Source: Malacoraja senta (taxonomy: Eukaryota). From it: a DNA stretch of 64,000 nt. The stretch spans positions 62,001-126,000 of the forward strand of contig JAXLNO010000051.1 of the NCBI GenBank assembly GCA_038087875.1. The letters are read 5' to 3'. A program made the position numbers and the translations under genes. The notes below the pieces were generated by a model that searched no databases, was not told the DNA's origin, and saw only the letters and a list, made by a program, of their open reading frames with translations. Each line of letters starts with the position of its first letter. Position 1 is the first letter of the stretch. This document shows, in pieces, positions 23,914 to 36,149 of the stretch.

Positions 23914-24043
23914 CTTGGTGCCGGGGGTGAAGCGCTGCCGCCCGCCCGCCGGGGTCATGGCCGCCGTGGATGATGCGTTTGACCATCCCGTCCATGTCCG
24001 ACAGCGACGCCGAGAGCGCCGAGTCCGAGTCCGAGTCCGCCAT
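23914..24043 (-). CDS. AIP: AIP exon 1 (130 bp, one base out of frame)
   Basis: CAAG-ATG-GCG start. MADSDSDSALSASLSDMDGMVKRIIHGGHDPGG/QRFTPGTK|gtagcg matches AIP DGIQKRVIQEG..FQDGTK. It needs a 1-nt correction in GGCGGGCGGGCGG to join phase-0 exon 2. Confidence 0.85.
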
Positions 24044-24150
24044 CTTGGCGCGGCGGCGCCTCGATCAACCGCCCGCCCGCCCGCTCGGGTGTTTCCGCTC
24101 ACGCACTCGGGTGTTTCCGGAGGCGGTCACACACTCGGCTCACTCGGGCT
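24044..24150 (-). promoter_or_regulatory. AIP 5' UTR / core promoter region
   Basis: CpG-rich, with two tandem CGGAAACACCCGAG ETS-like motifs on the minus strand and a YY1-like CAAGATGGCG overlapping the ATG. Confidence 0.55.
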
Positions 24151-24196
24151 GTGATATATCCCACAATGACATGCAGCAAAATTATAAGACAGTATC

Positions 24197-25235
24197 TAGC
24201 AATGTTACAAAATTTTGAGATTTTAAAAATAAAGTCTGCAATTTATCCCATCAGATAAAGCATAAAAAGAAGTTTAATTTGACACCTAATTCACTTTCAT
24301 ATCTTCAGTATTAAAAAAGTTATGGCCATTTTCATACTCGGAAATTAGCATCTTGTTCCCTATTGCTTTTCCATTGACTTAACACAAAAGCTGTGATCGA
24401 GGACAAAAGCCCATAACTTTCTTAAAAATTAAGAGAACTGAAATAAATTTTCAGTTATTATAGATTGAAGCATTCTGAAACAAATATGAAACAATCTTAC
24501 TTAGAAGACATGAAATTAAAGCATATAATTAGTTAGTTACCTAATTGTAACTAATTACAAAAATTCAATTACTAGATCTAAACATCTATCAATTTCTTAA
24601 GAATAGATTAACATTTTTAAATAGCCTAAGTGTCCAAATAACATTCACACAAGAATTCACAATATAACATAATTTTTAAATCTGATTGTCATGAATTTAC
24701 AGGCCAAATGGAAGGAATTGAATGTTTAATATGTGCAAATTAATGGGCATTTAAATCATTTGCGAGTGAGAATTTCTGAAACACGATCATTTGGAACGTT
24801 GATTTGCGGTGAATTTAACCCCGTATCGGCATGAAAAATTCTGCCGTTAGTTCGGGGAATAAAATCACCGTTTCGTATGAAAAAATATTAATTAAACGCT
24901 TCTTAAGAAGCACTTTTATACATTAAAATAAACCACTTTCGTTTACCTGTCCCGTATGTGAAATCCGTCCCCGTTGTCAGCATTGACGGCTTCAGAAGCT
25001 GATTTTAAAATGACTCCAGCGCTGACATTGTCGATTTAATAAAAATAAAAAATACACAAAACTCCCCTCGGAACGATTTTTCAGCAAACCCTTGTACTCC
25101 AACGAAATATGATACAGGACAAGGTAGGAGAAACCCGTGTTTTAAACCCGCCCCCCCCTTAAAGGCACCAAAATCACGCACACGGCCAGTGGCAGAATTA
25201 CAGCGCCGCTGAGGGTAAGTATTGTAACATACCTA
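24197..25235. mobile_element. Non-autonomous DNA transposon (MITE-like) with imperfect TIRs
   Basis: TAGCAATGTTACAAAA at the left end versus TAGGTATGTTACAATA (reverse complement of the right end). Flanks CAGTATC / CAGTCTC are a 6/7 candidate TSD. No ORF. Confidence 0.6.
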
Positions 25236-25854
25236 CAGTCTCTCAACTCTTTTTACACATTGCAATTAATGCAATTTCTATTAGTTCTTTCCACTTCCAA
25301 ACAAAAATGTGGTTGGATTATTCAGCGTATGATCAACCTGTGTCAATAAATCCTGGACCATGGTAACATATATGCGTATGTATAGTTGTGAATGTTGCTC
25401 ATTAAATAACTACAGTACTGATACTCCATATTAAGAGCATTGATTTGCCGTTAAAATGAATTCTGTAATAACGTGACAACGGCAGCAGTGACAATCGAAC
25501 ACTGCGGTTTTAATGTTTCACGTGTTCACAATTTAATTAATCCATGTTTATGGATTAAAACAAATAATAACATTGGGAATTAAAACACATTTGATTGCAT
25601 TCCGTTATCAAACATAGTCAATGTTCGCTCTGAAGACATTTCCAGCACAATAGGGTCAGAGAGGGGGGTGTGTGTGAATCAGTGCGGGGTGGATAGATGG
25701 CGGGGGTGGGGGGTTAGAAGGCAGTCGGTGCAGAATGGATGGATTGAGGCAGGTGAATTAGTACGTGTTGGTTGGAGTAGGTAAAATTGTGAGGGGAGAG
25801 CATGGGGGATGTCAGTGGTGTTGAATGGGGGGGTTCAGTAGGGGATGGATGGGG

Positions 25855-25946
25855 GTAGACAAAAGTGCTAGAGAAACTCAGCGGGTGAGGCAGCATCTAT
25901 GGAGCGAAGGAAATAGGCAACATTTCGGGTCGAGACCCTTCAGACT
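25855..25946 (-). mobile_element. Penelope-derived short tail fragment
   Basis: Reverse complement of the 14505-14597 terminus. Confidence 0.75.
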
Positions 25947-26326
25947 GTTCCCCCCATTCTTCTTGAATGGGAGGATGAGTACAGGATGGATGGGGGGGGG
26001 GATATCAGCGCAGGATGAATGGGGGGGGTCAGTACAATGTGGATCGGAGGGTGTGCAGGATGAAGGGGTTCACTACAGGATGAATGAGGGGAAGGGGGAA
26101 GGTGCAGGGTAAATGGAGGGTGGGTCAGTACGGGATGAATGCGTGGATTAGTACAGGGTGGATGGAGGAGAAGTGCAGGATGGATGGGAAAGGGGTAAGT
26201 ACAGGGTAAATTGGGGAACCAGTGTAGGATAGAAACATAGAAACATAGAAAATAGGTGCAGGAGTAGGCCATTCGGCCCTTCAAGCCTGCACCGCCATTC
26301 AATATGATCATGGCTGATCATCCAAC

Positions 26327-29100
26327 TCAGTATCCCGTACCTGCCTTCTCTCCATACCCCCTGATCCCTTTAGCCACAAGGGCCACATCTAACTCCCTCT
26401 TAAATATAGCCAATGAACTGGCCTCAACTACCCTCTGTGGCAGAGAGTTCCAGAGATTCACCACTCTGTGTGAAAAAGTTTTTCCTCATCTCCGTCTTAA
26501 AGGATTTCCCCCTTATCCTTAAGCTGTGACCCCTTGTCCTGGACTTCCCCAACATCGGTAACAATCTTCCTGCATCTAGCCTGTCCAACCCCATAAGAAT
26601 TTTGTACGTTTCTATAAGATCCCCTCTCAATCTCCTAAATTCTAGCGAGTATAAGCCAAGTCTATCCAGTCTTCCTTCATATGAAAGTCCTGACATCCCA
26701 GGAATCAGTCTGGTGAACCTTCTCTGCACTCCCTCTATGGCTATAATGTCCTTCCTCAGATTTGGAGACCAAAACTACGCAATACTCCAGGTGTGGTCTC
26801 ACCAAGACCCTGTACAACTGCAGTAGAACCTCCCTGCTCCTATACTCAAATCCTCTTGCTATGAAGGCCAACGTACCATTCGCTTTCTTCACTGCCTGCT
26901 GCACCTGCATGCCTACTTTCAATGACTGGTGTACCATGACACCCAGGTCTCGCTGCACCTCCCCATTTCCTAATCGGCCACCATTTAGATAATAGTCTGC
27001 CTTCCCGTTTTTGCCACCAAAGTGGATAACCTCACATTTATCCACATTATACTGCATCTGCCAAACATTTGCCCACTCACCCAGCCTATCCAAGTCTCAC
27101 CCTTGCAGTCTCCTAGCATCCTCCTCACAGCTAACACTGCCCCCCAGCTTAGTGTCATCCGCAAACTTGGAGATGTTGCTTTCAATTCCCTCGTCCAGAT
27201 CATTAATATAAATTGTAAATAGCTGGGGTCCCAGCACTGAGCCTTGCGGTACCCCACTAGTTACTGCCTGCCATTGTGAAAAGGACCCGTTTACTCCTAC
27301 TCTTTGCTTCCTGTTTGCCAGCCAGTTCTCTATCCACATCAATACTGAACCCCCAATACCGTGTGATTTAAGTTTGTATCCTAATCTCTTATGTGGTACC
27401 TTGTCGAAAGCCTTCTGAAAGTCCAGATACAACACATCCACTGGTTCTCCCCTATCCACTCTACTAGTTACATCCTCGAAAAATTCTATAAGATTCGTCA
27501 GACACGATTTACCTTTCGTAAATCCATGCTGACTTTGTCCAATGATTTCACCACTTTCCAAATGTGCTGCTATCCCATCTTTAATAACTGACTCTAGCAG
27601 TTTCCCCACTACCGATGTTAGACTAACTGGTCTGTAATTCCCCGTTTTCTCTCTCCCTCCCTTCTTAAAAATGGGGTTACGTTTGCTACCCTCCAATCCT
27701 CAGGAACTACTCCAGAATCGAAAGAATTTTGAAAAATTATCACTAATGCATCCACTATTTCTGGAGCTACTTCCTTAAGTACTCTGGGATGCAGCCTATC
27801 TGGCCCTGGTGATTTATCGGCCTTTAATCCATTCAATTTACCCAACACCACTTCCCGACTAACCTGGATTTCACTCAGTTCCTCCATCTCCTTTGACCCG
27901 CGGCCCCCTGCTATTTCCGGCAGATTATTTATGTCTTCCTTAGTGAAGACGGAACCAAAGTAGTTATTCAATTGGTCCGCCATATCCTTGTTCCCCTTGA
28001 TCAATTCACCTGTTTCTGACTGCAAGGGACCTACATTTGTTTTAACTAATCTCTTTCTCTTCACATATCTATAAAAACTTTTGCAGTCAGTTTTTATGTT
28101 CCCTGCCAGTTTCCTTTCATAATCTATTTTCCCTTTCCTAATTAAGCCCTTTGTCCTCCTCTGCTGGTCTCTGAATTTCTCCCAGTCCTCTGGTATGCTG
28201 CTTTTTCTGGCTAATTTGTACGCAACATCTTTTGCTTTGATACTATCCCTGATTTCCCTTGTTATCCACGGATGCACTACCTTCCCTGATTTATTCTTTT
28301 GCCAAACTGGGATGAACATTTTTTGTAGTTCATCCATGCAGTCTTTAAATGCCTTCCATTGCATATCCACCGTCAACCCTTTTAGAACTAATTGCCAGTC
28401 AATCTTGGCCAATTCACGTCTAATACCCTCAAAGTTACCTTTCTTTAAGTTCAGAACCGTTGTTTCTGAATTAACAATGTCACTCTCCATCCTAATGAAG
28501 AACTCAACCATATTATGGTCACTCTTGCCCAAGGGGGCACGCACAACAAGTCTGCTAACTAACCCTTCCTCATTACTCAATACCCAGTCTAGAATAGCCT
28601 GCTCTCTCGTTGGTTCCTCTACATGTTGGTTTAGATAACTATCCCTCATACATTCCAAGAAATCCTCTTCCTCAGCACCCCTGCCAATTTGATTCACCCA
28701 ATCTATATGTAGATTGAAGTCACCCATTATAACTGTATTGCCTTTGTTGCACGCATTTCTAATTTCCTGTTTGATGCCATCCCCAACTTCACTACTACTG
28801 CTAGGTGGCCTGTACACAACACCCACCAGCGTTTTCTGCCCCTTAGTATTTCGTAGCTCTACCCATACCGATTCCACATCCTCCAAGCTAATGTCCTTCC
28901 TTTCCACTGCGTTAATCTCCTCTCTAACCAGCAACGCTACCCCACCTCCTTTTCCTTTCTCTCTATCCCTCCCGAATATTGAATATCCCTGGATGTTCAG
29001 CTCCCAGCCTTGGTCACCCTGGAGCCATGTCTCCGTGATCCCAACTATATCATAATCATTAATTGCTATCTGCACGTTCAACTCATCGACCTTATTACGA
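26327..29100 (-). pseudogene. CR1 ORF2 (APE endonuclease plus RT) broken by several frameshifts
   Basis: Consecutive ORF pieces 27618-29081, 27097-27696, 26677-27093 and 26424-26729 carry [29 protein letters not shown] and FADDTKL. Confidence 0.92.
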
Positions 29101-29438
29101 ATGCTCCTTGCATTGAGACAAAGCCTTCAGGCTTGTTTTTTCAACGCTCTTACCCCTTATACAATTATGTTGGAACGTGGCTCTTTTTGATTTTTTCCCT
29201 GGATTTGTCTGCCTGCCACTTTTACTTTTCACCTTGCTACCTATTGCTTCCGCCCGCATTTTGCACCCCTCTGTTTCTCTGCTCACCCATTTAAGAACCC
29301 CACCACCTCTTATTCTCTGTTTATTATTGTTTTCTTCTTTCCCCCCTACATGTTGGGTCTGAGTGCTTTCCTTCTCTGCCTCCTGCCTCACACACTGTCT
29401 AATAGCATTCTCTATTTGAGTCCCTCCCCCCAACCATT

Positions 29439-30368
29439 CTAGTTTAAAGTCTCCCCAGTAGCCTTTGCAGATCTCCCCGCCAGGATATCGGTCCCCCTCA
29501 GGTTCAAGTGCAACCCATCCTTTTTGTACAGGTCGTACCTTCCACAAAAGAGGTCCCAATGATCCAGAAATTTGAATCCCTGCCTTCTGCACCAATCCTT
29601 CAGCCACGCATTTATCCTCCACCTCGCTCCATTCCTACTCTCACTGTCGCGTGGCACAGGCAGTAATCCCGAGATTGTTACCTTCGCTGTCCTTCTCTTT
29701 AACTCCCCTCCTAACTCCCTAAATTCTCCTTTCAGGACCTCTTCTCTTTTTTTACCTATGTCATTGGTACCTATATGTATCACGACTTCGGGCTCCTCTC
29801 CCTGCCCTTTCAGGATGTTTTGGACACGTTGAGACACATCACAGACCCTGGCACCAGGGAGGCAAACTACCATCCGGGTCTCCCGACTGCGTCCACAGAA
29901 TCGCCTGTCTGACCCCCTAACTATAGAGTCCCCTATTAATATTGCCCTCCTCTTCTTACCCTTCTGAGCAACAGAACCGGTCTCTATACCGGAGGCCCGG
30001 CCGCTGTCGCTACCCCCAGGTAGGCTGTCCACCCCAACAGTGCTCAAACAGGAGTACTTATTGTCCAGGTGTACAGCCACCGGGATACTCTCTAGTCCCT
30101 GCCTGTGCCCCTTGCCTCTCCCAACCGTGATCCACTTGCCTGCCTCCTGTGGTGTTGGAGTGACCACATCCCTGTAACTCCTCTCGATGACTTCCTCGCT
30201 CTCCCTGACCAGACGGAGGTCATCGAGCTGCTGCTCCAGGTTCCTAATACGGTCCATTAGGAGCCCCATCTCGATACACCTGACGCAGATGTGGACATCT
30301 GGAGGGCTATCAGACTCCATGACTTCCCACATCTGACATCCAGAACAGTAAACTGCCCTGGCCTTCAT
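29439..30368 (-). CDS. CR1 ORF1: zinc finger/leucine zipper plus SGNH esterase
   Basis: 309-aa open frame: CSGC..CVRC, coiled coil, IGDSIVRG, CLPGA, HIGTNDIG, DGLHLN. Confidence 0.9.
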   Translation of the reverse strand: MKARAVYCSGCQMWEVMESDSPPDVHICVRCIEMGLLMDRIRNLEQQLDDLRLVRESEEVIERSYRDVVTPTPQEAGKWITVGRGKGHRQGLESIPVAVHLDNKYSCLSTVGVDSLPGGSDSGRASGIETGSVAQKGKKRRAILIGDSIVRGSDRRFCGRSRETRMVVCLPGARVCDVSQRVQNILKGQGEEPEVVIHIGTNDIGKKREEVLKGEFRELGGELKRRTAKVTISGLLPVPRDSESRNGARWRINAWLKDWCRRQGFKFLDHWDLFCGRYDLYKKDGLHLNLRGTDILAGRSAKATGETLN

Positions 30369-30390
30369 ACTCCCCTTACCCTGGATAGAA

Positions 30391-30610
30391 TATAAAACAA
30401 ACTGCTACAATACAAAACAAACTGCTACAATACAAAACAAACTGCTACAATACAAAACAAACTGCTACAATACAAAACAAACTGCTACAATACAAAACAA
30501 ACTGCTACAATACAAAACAAACTGCTACAATACAAAACAAACTGCTACAATACAAAACAAACTGATACAATACAAAACAAACTGCTACAATACAAAACAA
30601 ACTGATACAA
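30391..30610. repeat. 20-bp tandem repeat (TACAAAACAAACTGCTACAA) x11, just upstream of CR1 ORF1
   Basis: Direct reading. Confidence 0.95.
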
Positions 30611-30735
30611 TACAGTACAATCAGCAGGGATCTGACTGCCAATCAGCTGCTCCCTCTTGTCTGCGTCCACCAATCAGCGGCTTCCTCAAACCCACTTGTT
30701 TTTGAAGTGGAACTTGGAACGTTACAGATTTGGGT

Positions 30736-31410
<675 letters not shown>

Positions 31411-31813
31411 TTTCCCGCAATTCAATTTCAATTTTCAATTTCAATTCAATTAAAAAAAACGTTATTGGTATGATAAAATATATCGTTATATAGCCAAAGT
31501 ATAAAAGATGACATATTTAAAATGAACAAATATGAATACAAGTATACAGTGCACGGATTGATATGTCCCTGTACATAAACTCGCAATAGACCTATAGCCC
31601 TTTATTAATTGCTATACGTTCTTGCAGCTGTAAGCAGCACAACAGAGTAGCAAGTTTAGCAATTCAATATTAATTTCTTAGTGTCAGTTAATGTCAATTA
31701 GTGTGTGCGTGCATATGTGCATGTTGGTCATTCACCGTCTCTCAGGTTATGGCATGCTGTTACGTATTGTGCACCATGATGTGCCGTATTTCCTTCACCA
31801 AGGATTATTCTCT

Positions 31814-31947
<134 letters not shown>

Positions 31948-32439
31948 CGCTCTCCCTCTCTCTATCTCTCTCTCCTCTATCTTCCCCACTCTACCCCCTC
32001 TCTCCCCATCTCTCTCCCCATCTCTCTCCCCATCGGGTCTGGCAAATCTGGCACGGATTTAAGGGAGTGCACCTGTAAATGATGGAATTAGGGGAGGGCA
32101 CCTGTAATTATACCTTTAAACCTGTCCTATCCATGTACATAAATGTCTGGCTAAGTGTACCTGGCCAAATGACACTTAAATGTTGTTTCATTGATGTCCC
32201 TCCTCGTTCTCTCTTCCTCCATCTCGAGCTCTCTCCCACCCCTTCGTCGCTTTTGCATTCCCCTACCCGTCTCTATCCCTCCCCTCCCCGACTCTCTCTC
32301 TCCCTCCCTCCCCCTCTCTCTCCCTCGCCACCCCATCACTCTTACTTTCTCTCTCCCTCTCCCCTCCCCGTCGCTCTCTATCCCCCCTCACCCTCTATCT
32401 CTATCTCCCCCTCTATCTGTCTCTCTCCCTCCACGTAAT

Positions 32440-32698
32440 AATAAGGAGTAAGCCTTTTAGAACAGAAACGATGAAACTTTTTCTCACTGGTGAGTGTGTA
32501 ATTTTCTGCCTCAGATTCTCTGGATGCTTTCATGAGAGAGCTAGATCTGGCTCTTAAAAATAGCGGTCAGGGGATTATGGGGGAGAAGGCGGGAACGGGG
32601 TACTGATTGGGGATGATCAGCCATGATCACATTGAATGGCGGTGCTAGCTCGAAGGGCCAAATGGCATCCTCCTGCGCCTATCGTCTATTGTCTATTG
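32440..32698 (+). mobile_element. Degenerate CR1 3' end
   Basis: ggggagaaggc..gggtactgattggggatgatcagccatgatc..ctattgtctattg tail. Confidence 0.8.
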
Positions 32699-33746
32699 TG
32701 TCTCTCTCCGTCTCTCTCTCTCTCTTCCTTCCCGTCTCCCTCTCTCCCTCCCCTCGCCGCCTCTCTCCCTCTGCCCACCTCTCTCTCCCCCCCTCCTCTC
32801 TCACTCACTCTCTGTCTCGCACTGCCTGAGCACCTCTCTCTTTGGCATCGACATGATGAACATGCAGACGGTGTGTGTGTGTGATGGGGGTGGGAAATGA
32901 GTGGTGTGGGGCTACATGTGGGAGGGGTCACCGACTGTGGGTTGGGTCTCGGGGGGAGAGGGAGAGAGACGGGGAGATGGACGAAGAGAGAGGGAAGGAG
33001 AGACGAGAGAGATGGATCCGAGGGTTGGAAGGAGAGAAGAGAGAGAGGGGGAAGTAGAGAGACTGGAAGAGGGAGAAAGAGACAGACTGGGATGGGGAGA
33101 GCGAGAGAGAAGGGGAGGGCGAGGGAGTGACGGGGAGAGGCGGGTAGAGCGAGAGAGAGAAACGGGGAGAGGGAGAGAGAGATGGGGAGAGTGGGGAGAG
33201 ACTCTCTCTCTCTCTCGCACACGTATCGTATTCATTCAACTGGAACTCAAACTCTATCGCGAATTAGAAATCGAACTCGAACTTGAACTCGTATTCTATC
33301 TCGAACTTGCGGGCGGAGCACCAAGGCATATTCCTTGTATGTGAATACTTGACCAATAAACGTATTCATTCATTTATTCATTCAATCAACTCGAACTCGA
33401 ATTCGAATTCGATCTGGAACTCGATCTCGAACTTTATATCGAACTCTCTGTCGAACGAACTCTATCTCGAACACCATCTCGACCTCGAACTCTATTTCGA
33501 ACTCGAGTTGGAGATCGATTTGCTGGCGGAGCACCAAGGCAAATTCCTTGTATGAGAATACTTGGCACATAAATTTATTCATTCATTCATTCATTCATTG
33601 AACTCGAACTCGAGCTCGAACTCGAACTCGAACTTGAACTCGAACTCGAATGCGAATTTGAACTCTAACTGTATCTCGACCTCTCTCTCGAACTCGAACT
33701 CTATCTCGAACTCGAACTATCTCGAACTCCAACTCCAATTCGAACT

Positions 33747-35228
33747 GGTCGTGTTCGAAAAAACCTGTGCGGACCAACTGGCTGGAGTTTTTACGGATAT
33801 TTCCAACCTCTCACTTCTGAGGTTCGAGGTTCCCACCTGCTTCAAAAGGGCATCAATTATACCGGTGCCCACGATGAGTAAGTGACGCGCCTCAATGACT
33901 ATCGACCAGTGGCACTAACGCCTGTGGTGATGAAGTGCTTTGAGAGGTTGATCATGGCGGAAATCAACTCCTACCTCGACAAAAACCTGGACCCACTGCA
34001 GTTCGATTACCACCACAACAGATCAACGGTGGATGCGATCTTCCTGGCCCTCCACTCCGCTCTGGACCACTTGGAAAACAAAAACTCATATGTCAGGCTG
34101 TTATTCATTGATTACAGCTCGGCATTTAATACCATCATCCCCTCCAAGCTGGTTACCAAACTCGCAGAACTGGGTCTCTGCGCATCCCTCTGCAATTGGA
34201 TCCTCGACTTCCTCATTCACAGAGCACAGTATGTTCGTATTGGTGGAAATGTGTCAGACTGGATAACAATCAGCACGGGAGCACCTCAAGGCTGCGTGCT
34301 CAGCCCCTGCTGTACTCACTCTATAATCATGACTGCGTAGCCAGTCATAGTGCGAACTCCATCATCAAATTCGCTGACGACACCACTGTTGTGGGACGTA
34401 TCACTGATGGGGATGAGTCAGAGTATAGAAGAGAGATCGAGCAACTGTCCATATGGTTCCAGAACAATAACCTGGCCCTCAACACCAGCAAAACCAAGGA
34501 ACTGATTGTGGACTTTGGAAGGAGTAGGATGGGGACCCACAGGCCCGTTTATATCAGTTGGATGAAAGGGTCAAGAGCTTCAAATTCCTGGGCGTGCACA
34601 TCTCTGAAGACCTTTCCTGGTCCGAGAACACTGATGCAATTATTAAGAAAGCACATCAGCGCCTCTACTTCCTGAGAAGATTACGGAGGGTCAGTTTGTC
34701 AAGGAGGATGCTCTCGAACTTCTACGGGTGCACAGTACATGCTGACCGGTTGCATCGTGGCTTAGTTCGGCAACTTGAGCGCCCTGGAGAGGAAAATACT
34801 ACAAAAAGTGGTAAACACTGCCCAGTCCATCATCGGCTCTGACCTCCCTTCCATCGAGGGGATCTATCGCAGTCGTTGCCTCAAAAAGGCTGGCAATATC
34901 ATCAATGAACCACACCATCCTGGCCACACACTCATCTCCCTGCTACCTTCAGGTAGAAGGTACAGGAGGCTGAAGACTGCAATGACCAGGTTCAGGAATA
35001 GCTACTTCCCCACAGCCATCAGGCTTTTAAACTTGGCTCGGACAAAACTCTGAACATTAATAGTCCATTATCTGTTATTTGTACTTTTACGTAGATAATG
35101 GTATATGGAAGCACTGATCTGTTTTGTAGTCAATGCCTGCTATGTTCTGTTGTGCTGAAGCAAAGCAAGAATTTCATTGTCCTATCAGGGACACATGACA
35201 ATAAACTCTCTTGATTCTTGATTCTTGA
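33747..35228 (+). mobile_element. Rex1/Babar LINE, 5'-truncated and degenerate
   Basis: [63 protein letters not shown]; ends AATAAAC..(ATTCTTG)n. Confidence 0.92.
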
Positions 35229-35432
35229 ACTCGAACGCGAATTCGTACTCTATCTCGAACTGGAACTCTATCTCGAACTCGAGTTTGAGTTCGACTTGCG
35301 GGCGGAGCACCAAGGCAACTTCCCTGTATGTGAGTACTAGGCCAATAAACGTGTTCATTCATTTATTCATTCATTCATTCATTAATTCATTCATTCAATT
35401 CGAACTCGAGCTCGAACTTGATCTCGAACTCG

Positions 35433-36149
35433 AGAAAAACTGTTTATGGAAAAACGGTGGGTATAATTTGAGAGGGGAAATAATTTTTAAAAACTCAATG
35501 TCAGAACAACTCTTAAAATTATGTGCATAGCAATCTGTGGGGTGAATTTGTGGAATGGTCTGGAACAGGAGATAAAGCTTAGCACAAACATAATTCAGTT
35601 TAAAAAGATGTACAAAAACACTTTTTAAAGGATATTGGGATGAGGATAGGTGATTGTGAGTGGGATATTTGTTATACTGATTGTATCGGGAAGGGTGATT
35701 ATAGGGTGATGGGTTGACTAAGGGGTACTGTATAGTATATGAGGGTTATGGGTTGTATATATGACTGAGGGATACTGTGTAGTATATGAGGGTTTTTTCT
35801 TTTCTTTTTTCTTTTTTCTCTCTTATTTTGTATGGCTTTGTAAATATTTGCTTAGTGTATAAATGTAAATAATTTGGTGTACATATAGCTGCTGGTGTAC
35901 ATATGGTGTACATATAGCTGCTAAATGTGTATAAGATAATTATAAGGAGTTGAATAAGGGGATGGAAATTAATAAGCTTTGGCTTCTTCCTGCTACTTTT
36001 CGGACACATACGATTTCATTTATTTATAGATATTGTTTATGACACTATAAATATTCTTGTTTTGTTTTTTTGTATGCTGTTTCACACTTGCTTTTTATTC
36101 TTTTATTCTGTTCGAAATAAAGAATAAAATAAAATATAAATAAAATAAA
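35433..36149 (+). mobile_element. LINE 3' fragment (CR1/L2 group, clade uncertain) inside the array
   Basis: ..ICGVNLWNGLEQEIKLSTNIIQFKKMYK C-terminal motif, AT-rich 3' UTR and (AAATA)n tail. Confidence 0.65.

Noticed and set aside
23609..24154. 181-aa + strand ORF with MAAVDDAFD, faintly like the TMEM134 N-terminus
   Set aside because: It is the antisense of AIP exon 1 in a GC-rich island; the similarity is only four residues.
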